Part shown: one piece after another, positions 10,836-25,390 of the stretch
How the letters are laid out: every line of letters begins with the position of its first letter
Position numbering within the stretch: position 1 is the stretch's first letter
Source of the DNA: the human T2T-CHM13v2.0 reference genome, Homo sapiens
Assembly (NCBI RefSeq): GCF_009914755.1
Contig: NC_060942.1
DNA: 64,000 bases
Reading direction: 5' to 3' (one strand)
The notes under the pieces: model-generated
Seen by the model: the letters and a program-made list of their open reading frames with translations, nothing else
The model's database searches: none
What the model was told of the DNA's origin: nothing
Made by a program: the position numbers and the translations under genes

Positions 10836-12877
10836 GTAAGTGAAAATGATGATCTGGCTGAGATCATAATCATTGCTGATCGGTACTTGGCCTCCTGCAA
10901 AGTTCCGTGCAAGCACAGAGACTTTTTGTAAGATGCCACTGGGCAGATGTCAAATGGAGTGCCCTCCCCCATCACCATCTTGGTCCTGAAAAACTTAATA
11001 ACTTGGTATTGTTCAGTGAGTCATTCAAGCGAGTAGTGTGGAATTCTACCTGTTCCTCAAGGCAGAGTATCTGCTAAGCTGCTGCAAAGAGTGTTAGCCA
11101 TTCATGGCTCTTTCTGTGCATAAAGAGCTCATGGTTGGGAGACAAGGTGAATGCAAACCCGGAGTGAAAGCTTTGTAACTTCTGTGTTTGTCTGAAATCG
11201 TGCACAAATTAAGCCAGTATGCAAAACAGAGCTCAACAAATATATTCCTCTTTTTAGTGGCATTTTCAGTGCTAGTTTTTCACTTTTTTTTTTTTTAAAG
11301 ACCAGGAAAGAGGTATCCTGGAAACAGATCAAAAACACAAGGAGATGAAAACTTTAAAGTGATCAAGCCACACAGTTTCACAAATGATAACATAAAGGTT
11401 TTTAAAAACATTGGTTGTAATTTCTACTAGGTGTCACAACTCAGTGAACCATTACGAGTGAACCAGCTCACTGAACCGAACTGAACTGAACAGATGGAAT
11501 TCCACCCTTACTACGCTTGAAAGGCTCCATGAACAATACAAGTCTTCTTTTAAGTTCCCCTTTGAGCTGCTTACCTCACTAATGCAAACATGTGGGGGCT
11601 GCAGGATAGAACATGGCCCCTTGGCTGTTTGTTCAGTTGTGTGGTGCCGTTGTTCCAGCAGAAGGAAGGCAGTCCATTTTGAAATCCTCAGGGCCACGCT
11701 CCTCATTTTCAAAGTCCCAGTGTTATTTTCCATTTGTTCTCAAATATATGTTAGAGAGTGGAGTGTTTTGTTTTCTTTTACTTTTCCCTTGAGTTGTAAT
11801 TCACTTTAATCTGTCCAGAAAAACCTTGAAAGATTTTTTTTTGTAAATATGCCTGAACAACAATTGGCTGTAGCCAATTCATTAAACACTAATCAATTGC
11901 TATATTCATTAATTCAATAATATGGTGCCTAGCTAGTACCAGGCACCATACGGACATTGCGTGGAATCTAAAATGGAAAAAATTCAAGTCTTTGCTTTTA
12001 AGGAATTATAATTTAGTAGAATAGATAAGCCAGACATAGATAATTATGTTTTTGAAAATACTTTATCATTCAAGTGGCTCCTTGATATCTGTCCCCCTTC
12101 CTGCTCACCTTCCTCTTTTGACTCATGACTGATGTTATGGTCTGTTGACAAGTAGTCAGCATACTAAATGTCTTCAGTTTGGGAGTTTGTATCTAGGCTT
12201 ATTTTCGAGGGTCATGTATTACAAAGTTTCAAACTGATTTTGTATCTTTGAAAATCAGACCATTTCTTCAAAGCATATTCTAACAGGGTTTGGGAGACAA
12301 TGGACCAGAGATAAAGCCAAAGAGGCCAGGACTGGGGGTTTGTTGGTTAGGCACAAAAGGTACTGGCAGGTGGATCACTGATTAATTCCAGAGAGGTCAG
12401 CTGAGGGAGAGATTAGCAAGTAAGAGGTCCAGAATCCAGGGAGACAGGCATCAGGGATCAGATACTGAGGTTAGGATTGCGGAAACTACAAGGTCAGGAG
12501 GCGAAAAAAAGTTTTTTTGAAACATGGGGTCACGAGTCCAGGTCAAAACCCTTCAACAACAAGAGATTAGAAGCTATTCAAAAGATCTGAATAACAAGCA
12601 TAGGATGTAAACAGCAGACATGAGTTTGATGCTGAGTGGTCCTGAGGCTCTCAGCCCTTCACATGGCTCTGAACTAAGGCCAGAGCAGGTTGCAGGGATG
12701 CCCATGTCTGTCTGAGTCCACAAGTGGATAGTTTTTGGATTAGATGAAGGGTATTTTGTGAGAACATTAAAATATAGCATTTGCAAGCTGTCTGCAAATC
12801 TGGATTTCTGAGTTTATATATTCCCTAGGGATTAAATCTGCCACTTTATTTTTAGGCAATAAAATATAGTACTGATG

Positions 12878-13020
12878 CTCACTCTTTAGTATTTGTAGAT
12901 TTGAGTTTGAGTCCGTGTAATGCTACTTATAAGCTGTATGAACCTGGGTAAGGCACTTAACCTCTCAAAGACATAGTTACTTCAAGTGTAAAGTGAGGAT
13001 GACGATACATATCTCAGAGT
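12878..13020 (+). mobile_element. MIR fragment
   Basis: TTTGAGTTTGAGTCC, GCTGTATGAACCTGGGTAAGGCACTTAACCTCTC, GTAAAGTGAGGATG. Confidence 0.65.
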
Positions 13021-13207
13021 GCAAAATACTCAACTTTTAAGAATAATAGATGAAAAATTATTCATTTTAGACACTACTACTATCACAATAATTATTATAA
13101 ACTCGGATTTTTTATTCAGGAATTTTTATCCAAAATCCCTTTCAGAATGCAAATAATATGTTAATTTATTTAACATGTAAAGTTAACAGCTTGGCTATTT
13201 CCATTGA

Positions 13208-13500
13208 TTTTTTTTTTTTTCCCCGAGACAAAGTCTTACTGTCTCCTAGGCTGGAGTGGTGCGATCATAGCTCACTGTAATCTCGAACTTCCAGGCTTAC
13301 ATAACTGTCTGGCCCTAGCCTCCCAAGTAGCTGGGACTACAGGTGTGCACCACCATGCCAGGCTGATTTTTGTATTTTTTGTAGAGATAGGGTTTCCCTA
13401 TGTTGCCCGGTCTGGTGTTAAACTCCTGGCCTCGGGTTATCCTCTCTACTTGGCCTCCCAAAGTGTTGGAATTACAAGCCTGAGCCACTGCACCTGCCTC
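13208..13500 (-). mobile_element. AluJ
   Basis: Diverged antisense Alu with J-type GATCATAGCTCACTG. TSD CCATTGATTTTTTT (13201) / CCACTGATTTTTTT (13502). Confidence 0.88.
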
Positions 13501-14941
13501 CCCACTGATTTTTTTTAAACCAAGTCACTCAATCTTTTCTTTGCTTGTTTTGTTGATTAGGCCTTATAGGCAGCAATAACACAAGCTCATGTAAAAATAC
13601 ACTTAAACTCCTATAGAAAATATTTCTAAGATTTCATTCAAAGGTGTCCATCTAGTAACATGGATTGAAACACCAGGAGACTGGATGTCTAGGGATGGTA
13701 AGTCTAAATCCTTCTCTATCTTATTCTAAGTATGACTTATCACCGAGCAAATATTTTACATTGTCACTACCATCAAGTCATGCAAAAATAAATTCCTATA
13801 TGACTCCTTGAATTTTCTATATGTAAATCAAGTGAATAATGTTTTCTTTCAGGTATGTGGGAACAACGTAAGAGGTCAGGACTTAGACCAAGTAGATGCT
13901 CAACTGTGGAATAGACCAGAATATATTTTACCTTAATTCCTATTTTAACTACTCCCTGTGAGTTGTAATTGACAAAACTTTAACTTGGATTAGATGAATC
14001 CAATCTTCCACTTATAAGTGGAAAGTTGAGGCAGAAACTAATGGATGCCATTATAAAGAAAAAAAGTCAGTTTTCTTCCCTCTTCAAAATGTGCTTCCAT
14101 TACACTTTATTTAAATGCTAAAATAACATCAAATAGAGGGAATATTGTTGCTTTCTAGCATAGACCTGAGCCTGGATCACTATAGGCTCTTGAAAAGTTT
14201 TTGAATGGATTTTTTTTTTTGCCATGTATGCTTGCATTTTGATTCTTTCTACTTAGGCCATTGTCTGATCTTCAGTAGCATTCTTCACACCCGTTTCTGA
14301 ACCCTAACTCATTTGTTGGGGTTGTCTATAGGTTGGTGTCACGTGGAGTGTGGGATCAACTTAAATGAAGGGGGACAAGGAGGCCATGGTCCTGAAAGCT
14401 ACCATCAGTCTGTGCTGGTTCCGTGATTAGAGAAAATTACTTCATCTACAGATTAACTGAGGTTATCTCAAAATTTCATGCTTTAAGCTGGGGGATAGTG
14501 GAGCTGTAGAGACCTGCTTATGTTCCCAGGGGGTTGATGTGGAGTTGTAATTTCTCCCTGCTCCATAGGTGTTAGGAAGGCAGAGTGGTGAGGTTCTTGC
14601 AGCCACTGAAAGCCTAGGAAAGAAGGAGCCAATGTACTATGCTCAAGCCACACTCTGCTACTCGTAATTCCTTCCCCAACACATCTTACAGATTTACAGT
14701 ATTTCTGCCCCACGCTGTTGCCTCTGGAATGCCTATCTCTAATCCCTCATTTCTCTCCTTCAAATTCATATGTTGCCTTCTTTGCAATACCTTCTCACAC
14801 ATTCATTTGCTCCAGCTCTGCACAAATTTAATTGCGCATTTCTCTGTACTTCCATAGCAGTTATTTATGAATCTTTCTCCTCCATTCATCCATGAACCTC
14901 TTCACAGGAGGTTCTATCTAATCGTATTCATCTTTGGAAGG

Positions 14942-15190
14942 CAGAGTAAGTTAGTAGTTAAGAATATGGACTCTGGAGTCAGAAGAGCTGGGTAAAATTT
15001 CAGCTTCCTCCACTTACTGGCTGTGTGATCTTGGGAAAGATGTTTAACCACTCTGAGAAGTAGTTTTATCATCAAACAGCAAGTCCAAGTAAAGTGGACT
15101 TGCTGTTTGTCACCCCATAGGAGTTGCTTTGAGAATAAAAAGGAAAATCCACACAAAGAACATGGCATGTAGTAAACCCTCAATGACTAT
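14942..15190 (+). mobile_element. MIR SINE
   Basis: GTAGTTAAGAATATGGACTCTGGAGTCAGA and CACTTACTGGCTGTGTGATCTTGGGAAAG. Confidence 0.75.
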
Positions 15191-16519
15191 GAGCTCTGAT
15201 TAACTATATTGTTGTATGCCTTTTGTGCCTAGCACAGTGTCTGGCTCATAGTAGGGCCTCGACACATGTTTTGTTTCACTTAGCTGTGTCATCCTTAAAT
15301 GATATGGCAAAAATATGGCTTTAAAGGGCAGCATATATGTGTGTGTGTATATATATATGTATTTCTTTCACTACAGGATGGGAAACAATGAGAATAGAGC
15401 CAATCTGTGAAAGACAGTAGTAGCAAGGAGATGGGGATTGAAGCACTAAAACCCGAATTCATATTAAACACTGCCAAACATTTTATTAAGAGAATAGAGA
15501 GTCAGAGATCCTCAGTTCTAACTTTTGGGTGGCTTTTAATTCACTATATGAATCTAAAAATATGCTTAGATTTTTTTTTAGTAGCTCAGTTTCAGCATAC
15601 ACAAAACAGATATTGGGGTGCTAACTTGTCGTCTCCAGGTGTGAAGGAAACAGCATGGCAACACTCAACCAATGTTGCCATAAGTGTCCTCCTGCTTCTA
15701 CCACAGGGAAACTGAGATACAAGTCTGAGGACTTGATCAAGGTCACAGTCAGTGGCAGAACCAAATTAAAATTCATGTTCCCAGAGTCCTTTCCATGCCA
15801 TTGCTTCACCTACTGACCCATGTTGCTCTACCAAGAAGTACTTCTGATTAAGTGAACTTTCAGGTTTCAATAACACAAAACCTTGGCAAGGACTTTAGGT
15901 AACAATCTCATATCATATACTGCAGTTACTTTTTGGCAAGAACCACCTATCTCATATATATGTTGACTTAATTTTCATGTACAGGCTGACAAGGAAGAAA
16001 TCAGTGTGTTTGCAATGCTGAACTAAGAGTACAAAAGCTCAGTAAAGTCTCTATTTGAAAAATGAGGACAAAAGAAAATGGGGACAGATGCTTTTCTTGT
16101 AGACTATACTGTCCATTATCAGGAACCGTGACTCTTTTTCACACTGTCGTGGTCTCAGGGCCTAACGCACTGCTTGCACGTGGTACATAGTCAATTAACC
16201 TTCTTAAAGGAATAAATCCATGGCAACCTCAATATTTGGGGTACAGTAGAATAGCTTTTCATGCCTCAATGCAATATTACCCGAATACTAAAGTGTTGAA
16301 TGTTTTCCTTCATCCAGTGTTTGTTTTTCTTTGGGTACATGTGTATGTAATAAGGTGTTTTGATCTTATATAATAAAATGTTTAAGTTTCCAACAAGGTT
16401 TCATGATACAGCAGGTTCTGCACACCAAAGTGAGGTTCTGTATCAAAATACACATTTTGAAAGGCAGGAGTTGGTTGCACAAACTTGCAGCTGGACACTA
16501 GAAGAACACTGATTAAAAT

Positions 16520-17945
<1,426 letters not shown>

Positions 17946-18196
17946 CTGGGTTTCTCTAGATTTCATTGTATAAGCCTGGACTGATCTCTCACATTAAAAT
18001 TGTACTATTATGGTAGCTTTCGAGATCTCTATGTGCCACCTCTGTGTATCTGTAGGTGCACTGCCTACTTTTTAGGGACTGCCATGTTTCACCAGGTCCC
18101 TTTCCCTGGGAGCCAGATTAATAAGCACATGTCCAATTAGCTGGAATCACAATACAATTGTTGAAAGAGACTTAGAAATCACTTGGTTTTACTTAT

Positions 18197-18568
18197 TGTC
18201 TTTGTTTTCTGCAGCAATAACAGACTACCTCAGACTGGGTAATTTTAAAGAAAAAAAATTTATTTGGCTCATGGTTCTGGAGGCTGGGAAGTCCAAGATC
18301 AAGGGGTTGCATCTGGTGGGGGCCTTCTTCCTACATTATAACATGGCAGAAGGCATCACATGGCAGGTGAGGGAGCACCTGAGATGGAGAGAGAAAAGGA
18401 GCCAAACTCTCACAATAACTTACGCATTCCTACAATAATGGCATTAATTCATTCAAAAGGGTGGAACCCCCAAGACCTAATCTCTTCTTAAAGGGCCGTC
18501 TCTTAATACTGTTACAATGGCAATTAAATTTCAACATGAGTTTTGGAGAGGACATTCAAACCATAGCA
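18197..18568 (-). mobile_element. MaLR solo LTR (MSTD/MSTC-like)
   Basis: GGCTCATGGTTCTGGAGGCTGGGAAGTCCAAGATCAAG ... CATTCAAACCATAGCA. TG..CA ends and a 5-bp TSD CTTAT/CTCAT. Confidence 0.85.
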
Positions 18569-20275
18569 CTCATCTAATGTTTTCATTGCCTTCATTTTAC
18601 ACTGAAAAAAAGTCAATCCACTGTGGAACTGCCATACTACTTTTGTATTTTAGAGCTGCCCCAAACTGGATCAATGTTCACTGGCTGGTGAAAAGCACTT
18701 ACTATAATGCAGTTCATTTACATGTCTTCTCTCAAGATCTCTCAAGCCTATTTCTTTACTTCCATCTCTCCCTCTGGCCCCACTGGTTGACTTGGCATTG
18801 GGGGTATTAATATTTTGGTGGAAGACAGAAGAAAATGAAAACAGAGAGGGAATGTCTGGTACACTGATGGCCATGAAAAAGAATAAGAATTAAGGGGATG
18901 GGTGTGATGTTTACCATGAACCTACCCTGTGCCACCCGCTATGCAGATATTTTTGCATGATCTATTTGACTGTGAACAATAACTCTACTAAAGTAGGCAT
19001 GTCTGTACCCTTTGTGTAGAGGAGGCAATGAGAGAAGTGACTTGCTTAGCACCATGAATCTAGGTGAGTTGGTCTCCAAAATCCCTGCTCTTTCTGCAAT
19101 TCCATGTGGCTTCCTTTGAAACTACGTTATAAATACATTTTTGAAGCTTGCTAGTGACTTCTTTCATTCTCTTTAATCTCAAGAATCTAATTCCATATCA
19201 AAACTGATAGTATTTTTTAAATAAGGAAATTGCTCTTGATTTCGATTACTACATTTTTATGAGACTACATTGACTTCTGTTATTAGAATTGAATTTCAGG
19301 ACAGTGAATGTCATCTGTTCTCTCTTAGCACTGTATACCTTTCCATTACAGCACACAACAGTTGATTCCAATCAACTTTTTAAAAAACTCATTCCACATA
19401 TCCAATATTTCTATACCTCTATTACCATTCTCAAATATTCGCAGAAGTGTGTTCCAATCTGGTGATATTATGATAACTTTCCCCTAGGGGTTTATTAGCT
19501 TCCATGTTACAGTATTCATTTTACCTGCTTTCATTTCCCTGGACTAAGTCCAGAATAGCCCCTGGTCCTGTTGATTGCTTCACAAGCTGTGTGAGGGAAC
19601 ATTTTTGCAGTGCACTCAGAGACACGCATCCATCTGATTTCATTCCTGTGAAATATCAGTCATTGTCAGGGGATTGAAATTGCATCACATTGACTACTTT
19701 TATTTCTTTAATGCCTTTGCTTTTTATTTTTTTCTCATTCATTGCCTAGCTTTCTCTTATGGGCAAACATACCTCCTCACATTAGTATTTGTATTTATGA
19801 ACTTTTTTTTTTTAGAAAGGTAGGATTTCTATGGGGCTTGCTTTTTTCTAAAATAAAAAACCAAGTGAACAAAGAAACCAACTTGAACCATGTTGCATTT
19901 ACCAACATTTTGACATACCTCTGAAGGCACAATTGTCAGAAGTCATGTTACTGCCCTCTAGGATATGTAACCTTTTAGAAAACACTTCCTTCTAAGAAGG
20001 TTCATGGGGAAAAGTTAAATTTCAAATGGAAGGGGAGATTCTAATTATGGCATGGTGCTTGTCATGTGAAGGGTTCAGGAGGCTGGTTACTAGGACCTAA
20101 ACCTGAGTTCTTAGGATGAGGGACATAGAAAAAGAAGACCAGGTAAAAGTAAAACAAGCATGTTCTCCATCTCTGAGGGTTAGTAATAACACAATTTAAA
20201 AGCAGCATTGATACCATGGGCCATGGTGTTGATGGCCATATGGGTGAAAGAGCAGTTGCACTGCCCTACAAGTAG

Positions 20276-20493
20276 CTAGAGATAGTAGCACTAGAGATAG
20301 TAGTGCTAGAGATAGTAGTGCTAGAGATAGCAGTGCTAGAGATAGCTAGTAGTGCTAGAGATAGTAGGGCTAGAGATAGTAGTGCTAGAGATAGTGCTAG
20401 AGATAGTAGGGCTAGAGATAGATAATAGTGCTAGAGATAGTAGTGCTAGAGATGATAGTAGTGCTAGAGATAGTAGCGGTAGAGATAGTAGTG
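20276..20493. repeat. Minisatellite/VNTR, 14 units of consensus CTAGAGATAGTAGTG (12-19 bp variants)
   Basis: Units counted directly, lengths 15,15,15,15,19,15,15,12,15,19,15,18,15,15. Confidence 0.95.
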
Positions 20494-20894
20494 CAGGTGG
20501 AGTTGGCAGTGAGGGCACTAATAATGGCACGGTGTCCATGGTATCCTTGTAGAACCCTCAAAATTGAGCATTGGGAACACTGTTGTGTATGTGGGCATCA
20601 ATGATGGCAACAGCAGAGTGCCTGATGGGCAGCACTGAAGCCTGTGGAGGTAATGCCATTATATGCCTTTGAGAAAGTGAGAGGATTAGACATCTTGATA
20701 ACTCAGGAGAGGAAACCTATTCCCAGAATTATTTGGGAACTTGAGGAGTGAGGTTGAAATTCTTAAGAAATAGGTTGTCGCAGAGTCAGAGAAATGCTAT
20801 TTTGTAGCTTTTATGATCATCCTTAGCTCCAGGCTTGTATGGCCTGAGAAACACAATAAATGATAAGAATAAGAATAACTTCAACAACAAGTAA

Positions 20895-21085
20895 CACCCC
20901 ATGCCAGGCACTGTTTCATTCCTGAAAATAATTCTGTGAGGTGATACCATTGTTGACCCTATTTTATAGATGAAATTTAGGCACAGAGAAATCAAGCTAC
21001 TTGTCCAAGGTCATATAACTAGTAAATGATGAGCTCTAATTCAAACATAGGAAGTCTGGCTCCAGAGACCATGCATTTAAGCATC
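20895..21085 (-). mobile_element. MIR SINE
   Basis: CCCTATTTTATAGATGAAATTTAGGCACAGAGA, CTTGTCCAAGGTCATATAACTAGTAAATG, GTCTGGCTCCAGAG. Confidence 0.8.
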
Positions 21086-22651
21086 AGATGACACAGTGGA
21101 ACCTCATCACTTTAGTCTCGACTACATATGATTATCTGAATAATTTTTTTCAAGAGCTGGTAAAATTTTATCTTCATTCCATTAAGAAAAAACATTGATT
21201 ACATTAATTCAAGACTGGAAAAAGAATATTAAGCTAACTAAAAAAGAAATATTGCTTTTAATAACTAAAATAACTTTATTATAAAATAAAACTTTCTCCT
21301 TAGATTTCTCTATTTCTTGTAACCTTCAAATTTGCATTTTTTTTTTCTATTCCAGTTGTTATTACCCCAGACCCTTCTCACTTTATGCCTGGACAATTAC
21401 AATGGGACCCAGCTTGATGCCCTGGTAGTGATCTCTCACTTCTCCATTCATTTAATATACTGCATTAGACAAATGTTACTGAGACGCTGGTCACATATAA
21501 CCTGCTCAAAAACATGTATTGGCTCTTAATACCAATACAATAAATTCTACACTCTTTAGCCTGGAGTTTAAAATTATTCATATATATGTACATTTATACA
21601 ATGTCTTCTCCATATGTTTTCTTATTTCAAAATACTCCCCTGGCTGAACATTTTATTCTCCCACACTAGTGGTTCCAAGACATACCTTTGATACTTATCA
21701 TCTGCAGAATTACAGCAAATTACACTAGTTCTCCAAGACCTTGTTCAAATCCATACCTTCCAACCATACCTTTGGTTGGTTCCACTCAACCAAAGTACTG
21801 TAGCACATAAGATGTCTTCTGTTATCTATAAAATGACCTCTCCTCGCTGGTCTGAAGTGGGCTTGTTTTGGGGCAGATATATTGGTGAGAGGAGCTGGGC
21901 TGGATTTCTGCTGTCCTGTCCACCCCCACTCCCACTCCCACAACTCCCCTTTGGCGTTTCATTTGGTATACAAACGTCCTTCTGCAAGTAACCACCCTGT
22001 CCCCCACTGCCTGCCAATGCAGTGCTCACCCCGCACCAAATTCCTAAAGCAATGATAGTCTCTACAATTCATTTGGCAATTAATTGCATATTGCTTGGTT
22101 GCATCTCTTCAACTGTGGTTTAAATATTATCCTACCAATATTTTAATTTGTAGTGTCTTACTGCCTTAATGCCTCAGAATGTTCCCTCTTGAAGGCAGGG
22201 TTAATATATTATTCTTATTTGTGGTTCTCAAAATACACAATGCAGTGTCTTGGATTGTAGGAACTCAAATATTTGTGGATTTTACTTGCATTGTTTTCAG
22301 GCAAATAAACAGTTAATTACAAATGAAGCATGAATTTGTTGGATATGATCAACAATTGGCTGTCCATCATTAGCAAGAAAGCATAATGTTTATGCCCAAA
22401 TACACACATACACGCACACATACCACAATTGTGGTATGATTATACTTTACCTTTACTTTTATTATATGTCTTTAACAGTTTAGTATATGAACTATCCACA
22501 ACTACAGGTGGGGAAAATTATTCTTGTGCTTTGATTTGCATAGAATGCTATATAGCCCTTCATTGTAGTTAGGCTTTTCAACACAGCTATTTTGCCAATA
22601 ACAATTTATGAACACAAAGTATTTCAGGGGAAATAAACATGAAACATTTCA

Positions 22652-23057
<406 letters not shown>

Positions 23058-25056
23058 GTGCAGGAAACGTGAATTAGGTGTTCAGAGGATCCAGGAAGCT
23101 CTAATATTTACATTTGATCCAGACCCTGCCACAGGGGAGATAGGCTTAATCGTCATGTTGATGTGAAAGGCATATTCCAGGCAGAGGTGAGGCATGGAAA
23201 AATGCAGGTTGGATAACCATTCTTGGAATCATAAGATGTTTTGTTTGGTGCAGAGTATGTTTTGTATAGATATCTTTCACAGTGCCATGTCCATACACCC
23301 TCCAGTCACTACCTATCTAATTTTATGAGGTCTGCCCAAGGTAGATTGTCATAGCATTGTGTATTTTGGTCCTCAGCAATCATACCTTTAAAATTAGAGG
23401 AATCACATGCTAGTTACATGTTTTTTGATACTCACTATAGTCTAAAAGGGAAATCTCCAGATTGAAAATGGCTATAAACTGACACTCTAGTTTCTCTTAA
23501 ATTTCCTTTTAGGGTTTTCTCATTCGAAACAAATTTTTCATCACCTTAGCCACACTTGGGAATATTCTGCAATATTACTGAGAAAAACAATACTTTCGTC
23601 TTTTCCATTCACCTTAACATAGTTAAGGGAGGTTGAACTTTTCTTAAGGAATATCACTTTAGGAGCATGTGAGTAGTATTTCTGCTTCCGGTTTTGGCAG
23701 ACTACCTTGTATTAGAAAAGCCCTCCCCTCAAGCCAAGAACCAGTAAAAAAAGCAGGAAAGAGCTTAAAAGTCTCTAATTGGTTGCAAAACCCTCTGATT
23801 GGAGAGTTAGGATTAGGGTTAGTTATCGAGGCTGTTAATATTTGAGGGCCCATGTGTTCAGAAAGAGGAAGTACATCAAAGTTATCTCAATTATTTTGTT
23901 CATATTTCCCCTCAATGCATCTGCCAATTCATATGTTGGGTGGATCTGAGAGCTAAGTAGCTGAACAGACTTTTATAGCAGTTTTACAATGCTGGAGAAA
24001 CAAAAATTGGAGTTCAAGGCTGTGACAGGAGCCAGAGTTTGAAAAGTACACGTCCTAAAAAGAAGTGACATTTGCCTATTTGTGAGCAACACCTAAGAGA
24101 TTCAGAAAGCCAAGAAAAACCTTTAGTCAATGGGATGGGAAGCCAAGTAAACTTTCAGCAATCTAGTGGTCCTGGGGAAACAAATTAAAATTCAGGGCCC
24201 ACCTATAAAACATGCAGACTTTCAGCTGAAGTCTATATTCTACTGGTAAAGGTAGAAAAAAATTAGTTCTCACAAACACTGAAAATTAGCTTCAGTTCAC
24301 CTCTGCCCAGCCTGGATTAGTATACATCACCCTACTCTTACGATTTGCCAGAAGCAAAAGCAAATCATCTCTGTAGGAGAATAATATTATTCAGAGCCTC
24401 AAACCACCATGCACAATGTCTGGCATTCAACAACAGCAAACTACCAGGAAGAAAAATACCAGGAAAAAATACCAAGTTGCAGAAAACTAAGAGAAAACAA
24501 TTAAGAAAAGAGAAAGAGACCAACAGGTGAGTTAGATAATAGACATAAAGGTCATGGACTTTAAAGTAACTGATTATAGAACTGTGCCAATGTTAACCAA
24601 AAAAAGAAAAAAAAAGCTGGAGTGGCTTTGCTAATATCAGACAATGTGGACTTCAAGGTAAAAACACTAGGGAGACTTCCTGATCAGAGAATCAATGCAA
24701 CAGGAAGATAGAGCAGTTTCAAATTTCTATGCATCAGATAGGAAATCCTCGAACTATGTAAAGCCAATTTGACAGTATTAAAAGAAGAAATTGACAAATC
24801 CATAATAGTGATACATTTGAATACAATTCTTCTAATAATTGAGAGAATAAGCATAAAGATATAGTAAAGATATAGGAAGCTTGAACAACACAGTTAACAC
24901 TCTTAACCTAATTGACTTGTATGGAACACTGCTCAAAGCAACTGCAGAATATTCATTCTTTTAAGTGCATGTAGAACATTTACCAAAATTAAACATATGC
25001 TGGGCCATAAAGTAAACCTCCATTAAATTGAAAACTTTGAAAACATAGAGAATATA

Positions 25057-25390
25057 CTGTTGGCCATCTCAATCTGTGCTTGCCACATGCATAGTTTCAA
25101 CTAACCATGTATCAGAAATATCTAGAAAAAAATTGCATTTGTACTGAAAAGGACAGATTTTTTTCCTTCTCATTATTCCCTAAGCAATACAGTATAACAA
25201 CTATTTACATAGCATTTACATTTTATTAGGTATTATAAGTAATCTAGAGATGATTTGAAGTATATGGGGGGGTATGCAGAGGTTATAAGCAAATATTATG
25301 CTACTTTGTATAAGGGACTTGAGCCTCCATAGATTTTGGCATCTGTGGGAGATCCTTGAACAATGCCCCATGAATACTGAGAAAAGATTG
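25057..25390 (-). mobile_element. MER2 (non-autonomous Tigger-type)
   Basis: ACAGTATAACAACTATTTACATAGCATTTACATTTTATTAGGTATTATAAGTAATCTAGAGATG. TA on both flanks. Confidence 0.85.

Noticed and set aside
10643-10978. Three overlapping 60-66 aa ORFs on both strands
   Set aside because: No similarity to any protein I recognise. Kept only as splice-site candidates.
12290-12570. Purine-rich tract resembling an ancient Gypsy-like LTR
   Set aside because: No termini or TSD found, and the resemblance is too weak to call without a profile search.
20276-20552. Repeat array as CRISPR-like or as a coding repeat (ORFs 20336-20539, 20352-20552)
   Set aside because: The units are adjacent with no unique spacers and no cas genes, in primate DNA. 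The 19-bp units break the reading frame.
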